A stretch of 64,000 nt of DNA from Azolla caroliniana (taxonomy: Eukaryota > Plantae > Polypodiophyta): the NCBI GenBank assembly GCA_043228905.1, contig JBHGNT010000011.1, forward strand, positions 6,758,001-6,822,000. The letters are read 5' to 3'. Position 1 is the first letter of the stretch, and each line of letters starts with the position of its first letter. The notes under the pieces are model-generated. The model saw only the letters and a list, made by a program, of their open reading frames with translations, made no database searches and had not been told where the DNA came from. The position numbers were made by a program, and so were the translations under genes. Positions 1-14,200 of this stretch are shown piece by piece.

Positions 1-1290
1 CGTCAACTAGACGGATTCAGGCGAACCAAGCACCTATGAAGAAGCTATGGCCGCACCGGACGTCGAAACATGGCTATAAGCCATGAAATTTGAAATGGAC
101 CCGATTCATCAGAATCACACATGGGAGCTGGTCGAACTACCAGCTAGAAGAAAGCCGCTACCTTGCAAATGGGTTTTCTGATACAAGTATGTATCCAACT
201 CGGAGAAACCCAAGTACAAAGTTCGGCTTGTCGCGAAAGGATTCAAACAGGAATACGGGGTCCTACAACAAGATATTCTCACCAATAGTCAAGATGACCA
301 CCCTCCAACTCCTACTAGGAGTCGTGGCGATAGAAGATCTAGAGCTCGAGCAAATGGACGTAAAGACGACATTCCTACACGGAGATCTGGAAGAAGACAT
401 ATACATATCTCAACTGACAAGCTTCACGGCGATGGGGGAGGATAGTCACCTCGTATGTCTACTAAAGAAAAGTCTATATGGACTAAAACAAGCGCCAAGA
501 ATGTGGTACCACAAGTTTGACTCCTACATATGCCAGCTTGGATACAACAGATTAGACTCCGACCCATGCATGTATGTTCTACAATTGGCCGACGCGTCAA
601 GGATCTATCTGGTCCTATACATCGACGACATGTTGATTGCAGGAAGCAATCAAGCAGAGATTGGTAAGCTGAAGCGGAGCTTTCACGCAAAGTTCACGAT
701 GAAGGAACTCAGACAAGCCCGACACATACTTGGCATGAGGATAGAGCAAAATCAGACGACCAAAACTCTCCGACTCTCCCAGTTCGAATACATCCGCAAG
801 GTGCTGAAGTGCTTCAACATGGAGAATGCGAAGCCAGTACCAACACCGCTTCCGATGTTGATTGGACTATTGGACAAAGACTCTCCTTCAACGGACAAGC
901 AGAGAGAACTTAATGGAAAAATACCCTACACAAGTATCATGTACGCCATCGTGGCGACCCAACCCAACATAGCCTATGTCGTAGGGGTGGTCAGCCGGTA
1001 CATGTCAAACCCAGGAAAGAAGCATTGGGAGGGCGTCAAGCACATCCTTAGGTATCTAAAAGGAACCCTGGATGCACAACTGACTTTCAGACTGACAACC
1101 TCAACCGAAGTCGAAGGCTACACCGATTCCGACTATGCATGAAATGCAGATAACCGGAAATTGACATCAGGCTACATCTTGACCCATGGTGGCGGCGTGA
1201 TATCATGGAGGTTGAAACTTAAAGAGTGCACGACTCTGTCTACCATAGAAGCTGAGTACATATCAGCATCAGAAGCAGTGAAGGAAGCGA
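1..1290 (+). pseudogene. Ty1/copia pol fragment (RT and start of RNase H), degenerate
   Basis: Translates to [84 protein letters not shown]. Internal stops and frameshifts; breaks off at ~1290. Confidence 0.95.
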
Positions 1291-1469
1291 CGAAAATGGG
1301 GATTCGAAGTGACCGAGCAGAAGAAAGCCGAACGAGCAACAGAAGGTAAGATATGATGGGAACAATAACGACACATCCTATACATTTGCCTACCTGGCTC
1401 CATGCCCACCGACATGTAACATATAAACTTAGATCAATTTTGTAATCTAGGCTTACAGGGGAGATAACC

Positions 1470-4400
1470 CCAATACACGTTATGCGATGAAGTTCTTCCG
1501 CGTATGAACGGGAATAACCATGAGTGTACTTTGAATCTGACATCATGGTAATATGGGCCCTGCCTCGCGGACGACCCACTGTACCCCCCCCCAAGGGTTT
1601 GAAAGGTGTAGAGAATCCGGAAGAGGGAGCAATGCATTGAGCATATGACGGTGCAGGATCCTCGACGGCAATACTTTAGGAAATGACATCAGATTCACCC
1701 CGCCCTTCACGCTGTTGCCGGGGATCAAACCCAGCTCACCTGTGTGACAGGCGGGAATACTCACCACTATACTAAAACGACATCCTAGTATTGGAGGAAG
1801 AATACTCGGTACTGCTCGTTCAGACCATGGATCGGAATGTCAAAAACGAGGCCCAGTTTCATTGCCAATGTTGGAGGAAGTATCCTCCGTACTACTCGTT
1901 CGCACCATGGACCGGAATGTCGAAAACTAGGACCACACCGCTTTGTTGCCAATACATGGGATGCGACGAAGTTCATCCCCGTATGACCGGGACTATCCGT
2001 GAGTGCACTTGGACGAAATCATCGTAATATGGGCCCTCCATCGTGGACGACCCACTATACGCCCCCAAGGGTTCAAAAGGCATAGACAATCTAGAGGAGC
2101 AAGCAACAAAGTCCTAGGAGATGACAGGAGATTCACCCCGTCATTCGCGCCATCGCCGGGGATCAAACCCGGTTCACCTGCGAGAATACTCACCACTATA
2201 CTACAACGACATCTTGGTGTTGGAGGAAGTATCCTCCGTACTACTCGTTCGGACCATGGACCGGAATGTTGAAAACGAGCCAATACACGTAATGCGATGA
2301 AGTTCGTCCACGTACGAACGGGAATCCTCATGAGTGCACTCGGACGAGATCATGGTAATAGGGTTTTGCCTCACGGACGACCCACTGTACCCTCCCAAGG
2401 GTTCGAAAGTTGTATAGAATCCCGAGGAGGGAGCAAAGCATTGAGCATACGCCGGTGCGAGATCCTCGACAGCAATGCCCCAGGGGATAACATCATATTT
2501 GCCCGACCCTTCGCACTGTTGCCGGAGATCGAACCTGGGTCACCCATGTGACAGGCGAGAATACTCACCACTATACTGAAACGACATCTTGATGTTGGAG
2601 GAAGTATCCTCCACACTACTCATTCACACATAGACCTGAATGTTGAAAATGAGGCCTGGTTTCATCGCCAATACAGAGGATGCGATGAAGTTCGACTGCA
2701 TATGAATGGCACTAGTCGTGAGTGCAGTCAGAGGAGATCATGGTAATATGGGCGCTGCCTCACGGACGACCCATTGTACGCCCCCAAGGGTTCGAAAGGG
2801 GTAGAGAATATTGTGGAGCGAGCATCAATGACCTAGAAATTGACAAGAGATTCACCACGCCCTTTGCGTCGTTGACGTGTGTGACAGGCGGCAATACTCA
2901 CCACTATACTACAAAGTCATCCTGGTGTTGGAGAAGTATCTTCTGTACTACTCCTTCCGACCATACACGTTATACGACGAAGTTCGTTTGCGTATGAACG
3001 GAAATACCCGTGTGTGCACTCTAATCAAATCATAGTAATATCGGCCCTGCCTCTCTAACAACCCACTATACGCCCCCAACTGTTCGGAAGGGGTAGAGAA
3101 TCCGGCGGAGCGAGCAACAATGCCCTAGGAGATGATAGGAGATTTGCCCCGCCCTTCGTGCCATTACCTACCAGGGATTGAAACCGCGTGACAGGCGGGA
3201 ATACGCACTAGTATATTACAACAACATCCTCGTGTTGGAGGAAGTATTTTCCGTACTACTCATTCGGACCATGTACCAGAATGTCGAAAACTTTGCTCGG
3301 TTTCGTCGCCAATACACATTATGCAACGAAGTTCTTCCCGGTATAACAAAAATACCCGTGTGTGCACTCGGACGAGATCATGGTAATATGGGCCCTGCCT
3401 CACTGACGACCCACTATACGCCCCCGAGTGTTCGAAAGGGGTAGAGAATCCGGCGGAGTGAGCAACAATGCCCTCGGAGATGATAGGAGATTCTCCCCGC
3501 CCTTCGCACAGTTGCCGGGGATTAAACCCGGGTAACCCGTGTGAAAAACGGGAATACTCACCACTATACTAGAACGACATCTCATTGTACTTCCTCTGTA
3601 CTACTCATTCGGACCATGTACCGGAATGTCGAAAACATGGCCCAGTTTCGTCACCAATACACATTATGCGACAAAGTTCGTCCGCGTATGAACGGGAATA
3701 CCCATGTGTGTACTCAGACGAGATCATTGTAATATGGGCCTTGGCTCGCTGATGACCCACTGTACACTCCCAAGTACTTGAAAGAGATAGAGAATCCGGC
3801 GGAGTGAGCACCCGGGTCACCCGCGTGAATACTCACTACTATACTACAACGACATCCTGGTGTTCGAGGAAATATCCTCCGTACTACTCGTTCGGACCAT
3901 GTACCGGAATGTCGAAATCATGGCCCGTTTTCGTAGCTAATACACGTTATGCAACGAAGTTCATCCCCGTATGAACGGAAATACCCATGAGTACACTTAG
4001 ATGAGATCATGGTAATCTGAGCCTCGGCTCGCTAACGACCAACTGTACGACCCCCAAGTGTTTGAAAGGGGTAGAGAATCTGGCGGAGCGAGCAACAATG
4101 CCCTAGGAGGCAATAGGAGATTCGCCCCGCCCTTTGCGCCGTTTTCGGGGATCTAACCCGGGTCACCCGCGTGACAAGCTGGAGTACTCACCACTATACT
4201 ACAACGACATCCTAGTGTGGGAGGAAGTATCCTCTGTACTACGTGTTTGGACCATAGACTGGAATGTCGAAAACGTGGCCCGGTTTTGTCGCCAATACAC
4301 GAAATGTGACGAAGTTCGTCTACATATAACGGGAATACCCATGTGTGCACTCAGAAGAGATCATGGTAATATGGGCCCTGCCTTGCTGACGATCCACTAT

Positions 4401-5277
4401 ATGCCCCCAAGTGTTCGAAAGAGGTAGAGAACCCTGCGGAGCGAGCAAGAATGCCCTAGCAGATGAGAGGAGATTTGCACCGTTGTCGGGGATCGAACCC
4501 GGGTCACCCGTGTGACAGGTAGGAATACTCCACACTATACTACAATGACATACTGGTGGTGGAAGAAGTATCCTCTATACTACTCGTTTGGACCATAGAC
4601 CCACATGTCGAAAACGTAGTCCGGTTTTGTCGCAAATACACATTATGCGACGAAGTTCGTCCGCGTATGAACGGGGAATACTCGTGTGTGCACTCGGACG
4701 ACATCATGGTAATATGGGCCCTGCCTCGATGAGGATGCACTATACTACAATGGCATCCTGGTGTTGGAGGAAATATCCTCTGTACTATGCGTTTGGACTA
4801 TACACAGGAATGTCGAAAATGTGGCCCGGTTTCGTCGCCAATACAGGAAATGCGACGAAGTTCGTGTACGTATAACGGGAGTATCCGTGTGTGCACTGAG
4901 AGGAGATCATAATAATATGGGCCCTTCCTCGCTAACAACCCACTATATGCCCCCAAGTGTTCGGAAGGGGTAGAGAATCCGGCGGAGCAGGAAATGCGAC
5001 GAAGTTCGTGTACGTATAAAGGGAGTACCCATGTGTGCACTCAGAGGAGATCATAATAATATGGGCCCTGCCTCGCTAACGACCCACTATATGCCCCCAA
5101 GTGTTCGAAAGGGGTAGAGAATCCAGCGGAGCGAGCAACAGTGCCCTAGGAGATGATAGGAGACTCGCCCCGCCATTCGCGTCGTTGGCGGTGATTGAAC
5201 ACGGGTCACCAGCGTGACAACTGGGAATACTCACCACTATACTACAACGACATCCTGGTGTTGGAGGAAGTATCCTT
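1470..5277 (-). repeat. tRNA-Asp(GTC)-containing tandem satellite, block 1 (reverse orientation, ~10 partly deleted monomers)
   Basis: Recurrent reverse complement of the tRNA (..cccgggtcacccgcgtgacaggcgggaatactcaccactatactacaacgac) and of the same spacer seen in later blocks. Confidence 0.95.
5180..5251 (-). pseudogene. tRNA-Asp(GTC) pseudogene (example satellite copy)
   Basis: 72-nt copy with GTC anticodon and several stem and T-loop substitutions. Confidence 0.85.
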
Positions 5278-8200
5278 GCCGGTGGATCCGATTCCGTTAG
5301 TAGCCGCTTCGCCGGCCTGATACCTTCTTTCTCTGTTTCCGTCGTCCGATCACGTTCACCTGCCGCCACCGACCTCTCCTATAGGAATCACGCCGGCACT
5401 CGGGCCGACCGCCGAATCAGTGTGAGGATCTTCGCAAACCTCCCCTCCGCAGTCCCTCGCCTTCGTCCCCTTTCCGCCACCGATCGCCACTCTAGGTCTC
5501 ACGCCGGCTCTCGGGCCGACCGTCGGAGTCTCTGGAACCGGTGTGAAGGATCCTCCTTGGGCTCGTCATATCCTTGACCCTTCTCCCGGGTCTTCCTTCC
5601 TTCGCAAGCCGAGAGGGTGGCTCGCTCCACACCCTCTCCTGTGGTACCGACGTACCGTGTTCTCGGCCTCTTCGTAGGCCTGCTCTCTTCCTCCCTCCCG
5701 GAATGGTTATCCGGGAGTCCGCTCCGCCCGGTTCTCGTTTGGGTCCGTTCGTCAATCTCCGGATTGCCGGGTCCCGTTCTCCTGTTGCCACCGACCTCTC
5801 CTACAGGACTCATGCCGGCACTCAGGCTGACAGCCGGATCTGTGTGAAGATCTCATGGGACCGGTCTTTGTTCTCCTCTACATCCCCCGTACTTCTCCCG
5901 AACTCGTCGTCGCTCTCCTCGTTGCGTTCCCGCCCCAATCTTCCATCTCTTTCGGTCTTACGTTGCCACGTCAGCTGAACAGCCGCAGTCTCCGGATAGG
6001 ATGTAGCGTAACCGATTTCACAACGTCTTTCGGCGACTCGTCCGGGTCACCGCCCCTTTTAGTGGTGTCAGTGGATAGCATCCGCTCTGTGATCAATCAA
6101 GCCCCGCCTGGGCTTGATTCTCCAATGTCCGGAGTTTCGGCTCCGATGCCGACCTTACCAGACTCGTTCCGAACCTTTGATCACCTTCCTTCCAATTCCT
6201 GACCTTCGCCCGATCGGTCTTTCTCCCCATGTAAAAGAGGGCGGCTCGTCCCGCACCCTCTCTCGTATCGGCACCTTCATGCCGAATCCGGCCCCGATCG
6301 AACAATCCACGATCGGATTACGCTCCAACCGTATCAGAGCGTCGCGCGAATCAGTTCCCGGTCAGGTCATCCCTTGGTCTCTTCGTCGACCTTTTCGTGG
6401 GCCATCTCCCATCCATCTTCGCTGGCATCATGCCAGGACTCCTCGATACCGTCATCCATCTCCTTGGTCTCACTTGGGCTTAAGGGCCCGAACGCCGAGT
6501 TTTCCGGAATTGGGTTCGAGGGCTTTCGTCCGCTCCTTCCCCGTATCGTCTCGTCAGTGATTCTTGGTCTCTCGCGGCCGCCTTCCTCCTCTTGGGACTC
6601 ACGTGGGCACTTGGGCCCGACTGCCGTCGTCTCGGGAGCAAGCGTGGGAAGACGCTAGGAATCGCTCGTCCGTTTTACGCCCTCGTCCGTAGCCACCGGC
6701 TCTTCGTGGTCGGCGGTCGTCTCCTTACCGATCGCGCAAGCCCCGTCTGGGCTTGCTTCTCCAATGACTGAGGTTTCGGGCTGACATGCCCAACACCATT
6801 GGTTCCAACGTTCCGATTCCGTGATCGGTATCTCGGCCTCATCCTTGGCCGTTCTATCTCCGCAAGTTGAGAGGGTGTTTTGTTCCGCACCCTCTCCCGT
6901 GGTACCGTGGTATCGATCTTCCGTCATCACGTGGGGCAAGTCCGTTGTCACGAAAATATGACGAGGACACGCGAACTTGAGGCAGGACCCCGGGGCCTCA
7001 GACCAGAGGATAATCACATTCGTGCGTTTATATTTTTAACAATTAATGGAAAGAAGAAAATTTAATAATTTTCATGAACAAAGGAAAAAGAAATTACAAT
7101 ATGTCCCAAGATTGGGATTTAGAAGTTTTAGGTTTACTAAGATTAATAGAAAAGAAAAATTAGGGGTTTTGAGAGATATGGTTTCCGTAGGGAAGATTAG
7201 GATTAGGTTATATGAGTATTATGGCTTCCGTAGGGAAGATTAGGGTTTTTGGATTCCATAAGGAAAATAGGGTTTATGAGAGATCTGGCTTCCCTAAGAT
7301 AAGGGAGTTGAGAAGGAAAAGAAAATTAAGATAATATGGAGAGTGAGTCCCAGTGTAGGAAAAAGATTGGAATATATATGGAGTTCTCCCTTGATCATAG
7401 CCTTTCCACTTTTTGTTGCATGGCCTCTACTTTTAGTTGCTTAGCTTTTTCTTTTAGTTGCATCTATTTTTAGTTGCATGGCTTTTTCGTTTAGTTGCAT
7501 GCGACCGTCCACATGACCTTTACTTTTTGCATGCACTCCAACTTTAGTCGCTTGCGTCCACATGGCCTTTACTTTAGTTCTCTTCACTTTACTTTAGTTT
7601 GTTGTATGATCCAATCTTCCGTGCGTCTGCGTCCAACCTCGTCCGGTAGCCGGTTCCGCCCGATCGCCGAATCCCTCGCCGGCCGGTTCCATTTTGCTTG
7701 CCAGCCGGTTCCGGTTCCGGTTTTGCTTGCCGGCCAGTTTCGGTTCCGGTTTTGCTTATCGACCGGTTTCCGGTTTGCATACCGGCCTGTTTCCGGTTCC
7801 GGTTTTGCATACCGGCCGGTTTCTGGATTTGCTTACCGGACCGATTTCCGGATTTGCTTACCGGCCGATTTCCGGATTTGTTTATCAGCCGGTTTCCGGT
7901 TTTAGGGAATTTGGCCACCATCATCCATCAACACAAAGTGCCCATAGTGCTCTTAGCACAAATGAAAAATGAGGAGCTCAAGGTGCTTATATAGCTAGGG
8001 CCTTAACTTTCCTATGTATGTGGGAAAGTTCTAATTTCCCTATCTTCTCAAACTTTATTTTCACAGCAGTATGTATTTCTCCATTTTGTATATAGTAAAA
8101 TACATTTTGAAGCTCTTGAGTATATCCATCTTTCTATAGTAAGCTACTAATCTAATCTATCATAATTATTTAATTATTTTTTTACATAGTCTGTGAAGAT

Positions 8201-8967
8201 TCACACGACACCGTCTCCTCAGTCTCGGCTTGCGGCCTCGATCTTTCCTCTTCCTCGAGCATCGCCTTGAGAGCTGCGTACGCCTCCACAATCCTGGCCC
8301 TAATGCCAACCCTTGCCGAATCTCTTTCTCTTTCGGCCTCTTCCCGATGTAATGGCATGCCGTCGCGCGCCTTCCTCTTAGCCTTCTCGGCACACCCTTC
8401 CGACCTTCGACCAGTCCTTCGTAAGCCCATTCGCTCCGTCATCGTCTTCGAGCTCAAGCCTGGTGGCCTCCCGTTCCGCTTAGTCGATCGACCTGACGAA
8501 CAATAGGACTTTGTCCGCCCCCACCAAACCTTGTTCCCGCTCCGGGAGCCGAGCAAGCCGTCGCTTGAACTCTCGGAATGCGTGTGGGTCTTTGCCGATG
8601 CTACCCACTGGTCGAAGTCATGTTGTCCCCGGCTCTTCCGCCGTCCTCCATATGCCTGCCGGAGCGCCTCTTCAAAGGCCTCCCACGAACTATGAGCTTC
8701 TCGGAGCTCCTTCACTTCTGCGTGCATAAGGACGACGACAACCCGAGAGAAGAACTCCAGCCTCAACGCTTCGTCCACGTCTCGCTCCTCCATTTTCGCG
8801 TTGTAGGCTTCCAAGTAAGATGGGACTTTTTCCCCGTTGAAACGGCCGACTCTTTCGACCACTCGCTCAACCGCTTGTTGCGCTGCTTCTCGCCTCATCA
8901 CCACTCATGCAGACTCCAACACCACTTCGGCCACAATCTCCGCAAGGTCCTCGTCTTCCAACTCCAT
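5278..8967 (-). pseudogene. Element A gag-like N-terminus plus long low-complexity tail, disrupted
   Basis: MELEDEDLAEIVAE..AVERVVERVGRFNGEKVPSYLEAY resembles the Gag N-terminus of B and D. The frame rejoins across solo-LTR M (EET|DLPHVMTEDRYHG). Confidence 0.75.
6946..8210 (-). mobile_element. Solo LTR M (~1265 bp), related to B/A/D LTRs
   Basis: tgtcacgaa...cacgaca termini; 4-bp TSD ccgt (6942-6945 and 8211-8214); first ~65 nt resemble the B LTR end; internal short repeats (tagggttt, ttttagttgc, ccggtttccgg). Confidence 0.88.
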
Positions 8968-8983
8968 CCTCCCCTGCCACCTC

Positions 8984-9000
8984 TCACGTCGGGTTCACCA
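8984..9000 (-). promoter_or_regulatory. PBS of element A, complementary to tRNA-Trp 3' end
   Basis: Plus strand tcacgtcgggttcacca matches the 3' end + CCA of plant cytosolic tRNA-Trp (from memory); 4 nt from the LTR. Confidence 0.85.
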
Positions 9001-9004
9001 AAGA

Positions 9005-9270
9005 TGTCGCGAAGTTTCACGCGTGCGTGTAGAAGGGCGGGACCACGAGGATCTTGGACTAGGGAGTGATGGAGCGTAGGAAGTCGTGAATTACCATTTC
9101 CGAGAAGCCAGAAACAACCCAAAAGGAGGGAGAGAAGAACACACGCGCACCCCTGGCCGACACACGCACACACACAGTGCAGACCCCACTCACGCTTATG
9201 TACAGAAACAGAAGTAAGGAAACACTAAAACACCCACGTAGACACCAAAAACGCAGAATCTTCCATACGT
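9005..9270 (-). repeat. Element A 5' LTR, U5-side part
   Basis: Begins tgtcgcg.. next to the PBS; homologous to the start of the D LTRs (gtagaagggcgggaccacg). Confidence 0.8.
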
Positions 9271-10301
9271 TGTCGTGAAGATCCGTCACTACGCGCGGAT
9301 CGTGAGGTGGAACCGCCGGGGTTCTGGACCAGAAGGATTTAGAGTCGATACAAGCTTTGGCGAGAAAGTACTTAAGATAGATTGGGAAAGAGAGAAGTTG
9401 AGATTAAAAGATTGAGAAAGATTGATTGAAGTTTTATCTTTGGATTTAAGAAACAAGTTACACCATCAATTTGATAACAAATTTCTTCCTCTTAATTTTC
9501 ATAAAAGAAAACCGTGTTTTTTCTCCTCCCCCTTCCCTCTTTTATAGATGCTCTCATGCATATGATGCATGTGAGGGTACAAGACATGCATAAATTGCAT
9601 GTTTGCCATTTGGCGCTTATGTATTACATGTGGTGCATGATAACCATGTCACTCATTTTAGCTCTCATGTATGAGAATTTACATGTAAAAGTACAATGAT
9701 AGAAATATAATTTCAACTAAATAGCATGGCTTAATGGTAAGCCAATTGACTCCTAACTTGGAGGTGCAAGGTTCGAATCCTTACTTGCTCTCCTTGTATA
9801 TGTAAATATGTATATATATTTATTTATCTAGTCATCGGACGCCGGTTCGCCGGATACCGTCGGTTACCGGTGCCTAGCCGGATTGCCACCGGATCACCAG
9901 TTCTATCGCCGGTTCGGTTTTGGTTGGCCAAAACCCTTTATGAGTAGCTAGCCCACCTCCACTCTTAGTTCAAGTTACCTTGAACTCTCCATGCTTCACA
10001 CATAGACACAAAGATAATATCTTTTGCTCCACATTATATATGATGAGAGCTGTATTTGTCGTGCCTATGTGGGATATCTCACAATTTTCTCTTTTCCTTT
10101 CACAAACTTTATACCCTCATATCTTGACATTTAGTTGTCCGTTTCTTGTGTAATAAAGTGCATTCGAAACCTCCATCATTTTGTACTTAGATATTAAATC
10201 TATTTAAAATGTTATCTTTACAATTATTGTACTATGTGATTCATACTCGATTTCGTACGTTTTATGGGATTTTCACACTATTGTCGAAAGTCTTCACGAC
10301 A
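9271..10301 (-). repeat. Element B 3' LTR
   Basis: Near-identical direct repeat of 21499-22538. Confidence 0.95.
9720..9791 (+). promoter_or_regulatory. tRNA-like Pol III A/B-box cassette in B LTR (second copy ~21948-22019)
   Basis: A-box tggcttaatgg (9727), D-stem ggctt/aagcc, loop ctcctaa, B-box ggttcgaatcc (9770); acceptor and anticodon stems pair poorly. Confidence 0.7.
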
Positions 10302-10554
10302 TCCACCTCCACCAAACCGCACGTCCTCCGGTACGTGCCAAGAAGAGAAGAAGTGAGATTTCGGCTACGATGATCAATTAGATTCCTCCATGTCTTCATT
10401 TTCATCCGGCCTATTATGTTCATCGTCGAGGTAATCGAGGTCAGGATCCTTGTCTTGTCTTTTTCCCGCAATGGGTACGGCCAACCTTGATCCGTCTAGT
10501 TCCGCAAGGTGGTATGTGGCATTATCGTTGGCACTTGTCACCACATATGGCCCG

Positions 10555-11195
10555 TGTCGAACACAGTGCTCGGCCTCAACCGAGGAATAGGATCAACTCA
10601 CAGAAAACAGGAAATACAAAATGCACGAAGACAATGGAGAGCAGAGTACACAGGATGTTTTACGTGGAAAACCCTAAATGGGAAAAACCACGGGAGTCCT
10701 CAAACTCCAACTATCACTATAAGCAGAGATGTACAATGGTGAGGCTACAAGGCAACAACCTTGAGCTCACTGTCCTCGCCACAGGCGGCGGTAATACACA
10801 GAGGCAACGACCTCTTCGTCTCTCTCTCTCTCTCTCTCTCTCGGCTGCTCACTTAGCTCCCTCTAAGTGGAAAACCAGAAAAATGAGTAACAACAACTAA
10901 ACTGTTTGCCCTAAGTCATATTTATACACATATGACTTTCGGGCTATTTACAAATATAGCCTCAAGGGCTCTTGGCAAACATATTCACAAATATGTCCCC
11001 GCATCCGGATCTCTCTCCGTGTACATTCGTCATCCGGCTCCGTAGCCGGGGTCTTCATCATCCGGCTCCGTAGCCGGGGTACTCTTCATCCGGCTTCATG
11101 CCAGGGTACTCTTCATTCTCCGGTTCCGTAACCGCAACCGGGCTTGCCGTCATTCATCTCCGGCCATCCCATCCGGAGGGACCGAAATCCCAACA
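10555..11195 (-). repeat. Element C 3' LTR
   Basis: tgtcg...caaca; repeat of 15282-15948 lacking one ~28-bp internal repeat unit. Confidence 0.95.
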
Positions 11196-11205
11196 AACTC
11201 CCCCT

Positions 11206-14200
11206 TCACTTCGGCATGGGATGTCTTTCCAGTCCGACCCTCTTCCGGCACGCTTCCAGCTTGTCGGGTGTGAGCACTTTGGTCAGCATATCTGACCCGT
11301 TCTCGTCCGTGTGGATCTTCGTCAGCACGAACTCCTGGTCTTCTATCCTTTCCCGGATCCAGTGATATCTTCGCTGGATGTGCTTCGTCCGGGAGTGATA
11401 GGCCGCGTTCTTCGCAAGGTGGATGGCACTCTGACTGTCGCAGTAGAGTCGGTACTCCTCCTGCTGGATACCGAGCTCTCTAATGAAGTCCTTCATCCAT
11501 ATGATTTCCTTGCCGGCTTCAACAGCCGCCATGTACTCCGCCTCCGTGGTTGACAACGCAACCGTCTTCTGCAGCCTCGACTGCCACGAAACAGCTCCCC
11601 CTGCATACGTCATCACATACCCTGATGTGGACCGGCTGGTATCTGCATCAGCCGACATATCCGAATCGGTAGAGCCGTCGAGTTCGGGCTTACCGGAGCC
11701 GAATCGGAGGCACATGTTCGAAGTGCCCTTTAAGTATTGGAGTATCCATTTGACCGCGTTCCAGTGCTCCTTGCCGGGATGTCTCATGTACCGGCTCACC
11801 ACTCCGACTGCATATCCTATGTCCGGCCTTGTACACACCATTGCGTACATCAAGCTTCCGACGGCAGAGGCATATGGTACTTTCATCATGTCCTCCTTCT
11901 CAGCCTTTGTCTTGGGGCTTTGCTTGCTGGACAACTTGCAGTTTGCCGGGAGGGTTGACCCGACCGGTCTTGCTTCCGACATGTTGAACCGGTGAAGCAC
12001 CTTTGTCACGTACTTCTCCTGTGACAGCCACAACTGCTTCTTCTTCCGGTCCCGGATGATGTGCATCCCTAGTATTTGCCTCGTCAGACCCAGGTCCTTC
12101 ATTGAGAAGGTTCGGTGAAGCGCTTTCTTCAGCATCCGTATCTTGACCTGATCCCGTCCGACGATCAACATGTCGTCCACGTACAGGAGGAGTATTAGAA
12201 AGTCTCCTCCTTCGAACTTCTTCACAAACACGCAGTGATCGGACTGCGTTTTGTGGTACCCTTCGTCGGTCATGAAAGAGTCGAACTTCCGGTACCATTG
12301 CCGGGGAGCCTGCTTCAGTCCGTAAAGGCTCTTCTTCAAACGGCATACCAGGTGCTCCTTCCCTTTCTTCTCGAATCCTTCCGGTTGCTGCATGTAGATC
12401 TCTTCTTCGAGGTCACCGTGAAGGAATGCCGTCTTCACGTCCATCTGTTCCACCTCGAGGTCCATGTTTGCCGCTATGCTCAGCACCGTCCGGATGGAGG
12501 TCATCTTCACTACCGGGGCAAATATCTCGTCGAAGTCGACGCCCTTCTTCTGCTGAAACCCCTTCACCACGATCCTGGCTTTGTATCTCGGGGGGTTTTC
12601 GGCATCTCCCGGTTTCAGCTTGAACACCCACTTGTTTCGAAGTGCCCGCTTTCCTTTCGGCAACTCCACAAGTTCATATGTGTGGTTCTCATGCAGGGAA
12701 TCCATCTCCTCCTGCATGGCACTTAGCCACCTGCGGCTATGGGTGTCAAGCTTTGCTTCTTCAAAGCTCTCCGGCTCCCCCTCGTTGGTTAGCAGCACGT
12801 GCTCTGGTTCCGGAAATCTCCGGGGGGCCCTTCTCTCTCTTAGAGGATATCTCCGTTCCGGAGCTTCGGTAACCGGCTCCTCCGTTTCCTCTTCATCCGA
12901 AACCATTTCGGGATCGGGGCCGGTTCCGGTATCAGTTTCATCTTCCTCGGCCGGATCCTCGAGTGCTAACCGGTTCCTTGCCGGTCGGGACTGCTCTTCG
13001 TAGAGTTGATCCTCACCGGTCGACTTGGAGCTCTTCATCTTCTTCTCCGACTCCCAGTCGGCGAGTGTCTTGTCCTCCATGAAGATGATATCGCGACTCC
13101 GGAATATCTTTTTGTTGACCGGGTCCCATACTCGGTAGCCGAACTCGTCATCGCCGTAACCGAGGAATATGCATGGCCGGGTCTTTGGATCTAGCTTTCC
13201 TCTCCGGTCCTTTGCCACATGCACATATGCGAGACACCCGAACACCTTCAGATGCCGGTAGGATACTTCCCTACCGGTCCACACTCTCTGCGGCGTGTCT
13301 CCGTCCAAAGGTACTGAGGGTGATCTGTTTATCACGTATGTCGTCGTCGACATTGCCTCAGCCCAAAACCCCTTGGGTAATTTCGCATGCGCCAGCATAC
13401 TCCGGACCCTCTCCATTATGGTCCGGTTCATCCTCTCGGCCAGCCCGTTCAGTTCCGGCGTCTTCGGCACAGTAAACTCGAGCCGGATTCCCATCGAACG
13501 GCAATACTCCTCGAATTGCCCTCGGTATTCTCCTCCGTTATCCGCTCGTATCGCTTTCAGCTTTTTTGACGGATTCCCTTTCCACTCTTGCGTGGAGTTC
13601 TTTGAAGACGCACAACACTTGGTCCTTTGTCTTCAACGGTGCCGTCCACAGCTTCCGGCTGTGGTCATCAATGAATGTCACGAAGTACTGGGCTCCGCCA
13701 TGTGACTTCGTTTCTACCTGACACACATCAGTGTGTACCAACTCCAATGGTACACTACGTCTCGTCGGTGGCCTTGAGTGGAAAGAGGTTCGGTTCTGCT
13801 TACCGGCCAGGCAATCGGTGCACTTCTCCAGGTGCACATGCTTCACTGGAATAAGGTTGTCTTCTGCAAGCCTCTTCATCCCCTTCTCACTCATGTGGCA
13901 CAGTCTCTTGTGCCACAGCTCACCGGCAGTGTCGGCTGCCACGTTCAACTCCTCCGGACACAACCAGGCATTCATAAGGTACAGTGTGTTGACTTTCCGG
14001 GCCCGAGCCACTATCAGGCTCCCTTTGCTGAACTTCATGACACCGTTCCGGATGCTACCCGTGTAGCCTTCATCGTCTAGCCTCCCGGCCGAAATCAGGT
14101 TCAATCGAACCTCCGGAACGTGTCGGACATCCTTCAGCAGCATCTTGCATCCGGTTGATGTCATCAGCCACACGTCTCCTATGCCGGCAATCCGGCATGT

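Noticed and set aside
1291-1471. Possible 3' LTR remnant of the first copia
   Set aside because: No partner LTR, PPT or TSD is visible in the window.
6946-8210. Helitron or DNA transposon explanation for the AT-rich repeat-laden insert
   Set aside because: TG..CA ends, a 4-bp TSD and similarity to the B LTR end identify it as a solo LTR.
9720-9791. Functional tRNA-Arg(CCT) gene in the B LTR
   Set aside because: D- and T-arms are plausible but acceptor and anticodon stems do not pair; kept only as a promoter-like cassette.
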